Shown one piece after another: positions 63,406 to 64,000 of a stretch of DNA of 64,000 bases. Each line of letters starts with the position of its first letter. Positions within the stretch are counted from its first letter, which is position 1. A program made the position numbers and the translations under genes. This DNA comes from Trypanosoma brucei. Taxonomy: Eukaryota. The notes beneath the pieces were generated by a model, which saw only the letters and a list, made by a program, of their open reading frames with translations, did not search any database and had not been told where the DNA came from. The stretch is from NCBI GenBank assembly GCA_000002445.1, contig CM000208.1, positions 2,400,001 to 2,464,000 of the forward strand, given 5' to 3'.

Positions 63406-63762
63406 AGAAAAGCTGTCGATGCGCAACGAAGCTCGTCGGAAATTCTCAATTTCACATAACGCGTCTTTCCCAGCATACGCTCGGATGTTAGCGCCTCTGC
63501 TATTCGAGCAGAGACCACCCGAAGTCTCTAGTAAAACTATTTTCGGTGGCCGTTAGTCATTCCCGTCACCATCCCCACGCATTCACCGTGCACTACAAGT
63601 ACATGTTCCTCCACTCTGTTTCTATTTTTAGTTTGATGCCGGCACCCCGTTTACTTCCTTTCGTTTCAAGTCCCTTTTCGTCTTGATTGTTTTTACTCGT
63701 GTAACATAGGAAGGTAAGAATCCAAGTGACGGTTGGGGTGGTAAGAGTGCCGTGCGGCAGAC

Positions 63763-64000
63763 ATGAAATGTGAGCTGGCATCCCTAATAAAGGAGAATGC
63801 GCAGCTTGGACGCGAGATGCGTGGTACTCCCCAGCTCCGTGTTCCACAGGAAACGGATGTTGCGTGGCGGTTGCGCCGTGACGTGCTGCTCCATTCCGAG
63901 TATCCGCACGTCGCGGCGTGTCCAGAAAAGGATGTGGAGCGAAAAGATGGTCGTGCCGTTGTCGTATTTCAGGAGTCCAAGCTGCAAGGGGAGCCTCCGG
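63763..64000 (+). CDS. 5' part of a CDS truncated by the window end; hypothetical
   Basis: ATG at 63763 opens a frame without stops to the window end (MKCELASLIKENAQLGREMRG...VVVFQESKLQGEPP). It is preceded by a polyY-rich region at 63600-63700. Weak. Confidence 0.3.
   Translation, partial: MKCELASLIKENAQLGREMRGTPQLRVPQETDVAWRLRRDVLLHSEYPHVAACPEKDVERKDGRAVVVFQESKLQGEPP

Noticed and set aside
1-64000. Search for prokaryote-style systems (CRISPR arrays, restriction-modification or toxin-antitoxin operons, defence islands), retroposons (ingi/RIME/SLACS-like) and rRNA or SL RNA genes
   Set aside because: No direct-repeat/spacer arrays, no reverse transcriptase or endonuclease ORFs, and no rRNA-like conserved blocks were seen. 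The window is a eukaryotic (kinetoplastid) polycistronic coding region.

Overview
This window reads as a kinetoplastid nuclear chromosome segment, most likely Trypanosoma (brucei-like). The evidence is about 50% GC, no introns, short polypyrimidine tracts followed by AG ahead of every ORF (trans-splicing signals), and (TA)n/(TG)n microsatellites in the intergenic DNA. The 60S ribosomal protein L18 and several other products have kinetoplastid-type sequences. All 29 supportable protein-coding genes lie on the + strand, so the window sits inside one co-directional polycistronic transcription unit with no strand-switch region. Every minus-strand ORF in the track is a shadow ORF inside a + strand gene.

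Families I recognise from the sequence:
- CFAP298/Kurly (flagellar)
- RPL18
- ABC1/UbiB kinase
- PSP1-C domain protein
- UTP18-like WD protein
- PHD-zinc knuckle-ePHD reader
- syntaxin-18-like SNARE
- ITPase/HAM1
- secreted PHB-depolymerase-type esterase
- MRT4
- VPS9-domain protein
- WDR55
- TBC1D31-like RabGAP
- PIG-P (GPI-GlcNAc transferase subunit)
- DUF1749 alpha/beta hydrolase
- a pentatricopeptide-repeat (PPR) protein
- three helical-repeat proteins with mitochondrial-type N-termini, two of them tandem paralogs

I found no tRNA, rRNA, snoRNA, SL RNA, retroposon, CRISPR or prokaryote-style defence locus. Nothing here looks like a bacterial-style system. The most novel-looking items are lineage-specific genes: a polytopic membrane protein with an ~870-aa disordered tail, a Cys-rich basic mini-protein, a protein with a repeated xF[KR]Px motif, the tandem helical-repeat pair, and unusually long gene-free gaps of 2–3.5 kb. 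Several ORF-track starts are 5' over-extensions (some from GTG or TTG) running through polyY tracts, and I give the first in-frame ATG after the tract instead. All functional calls come from reading the translations by eye and need database confirmation.
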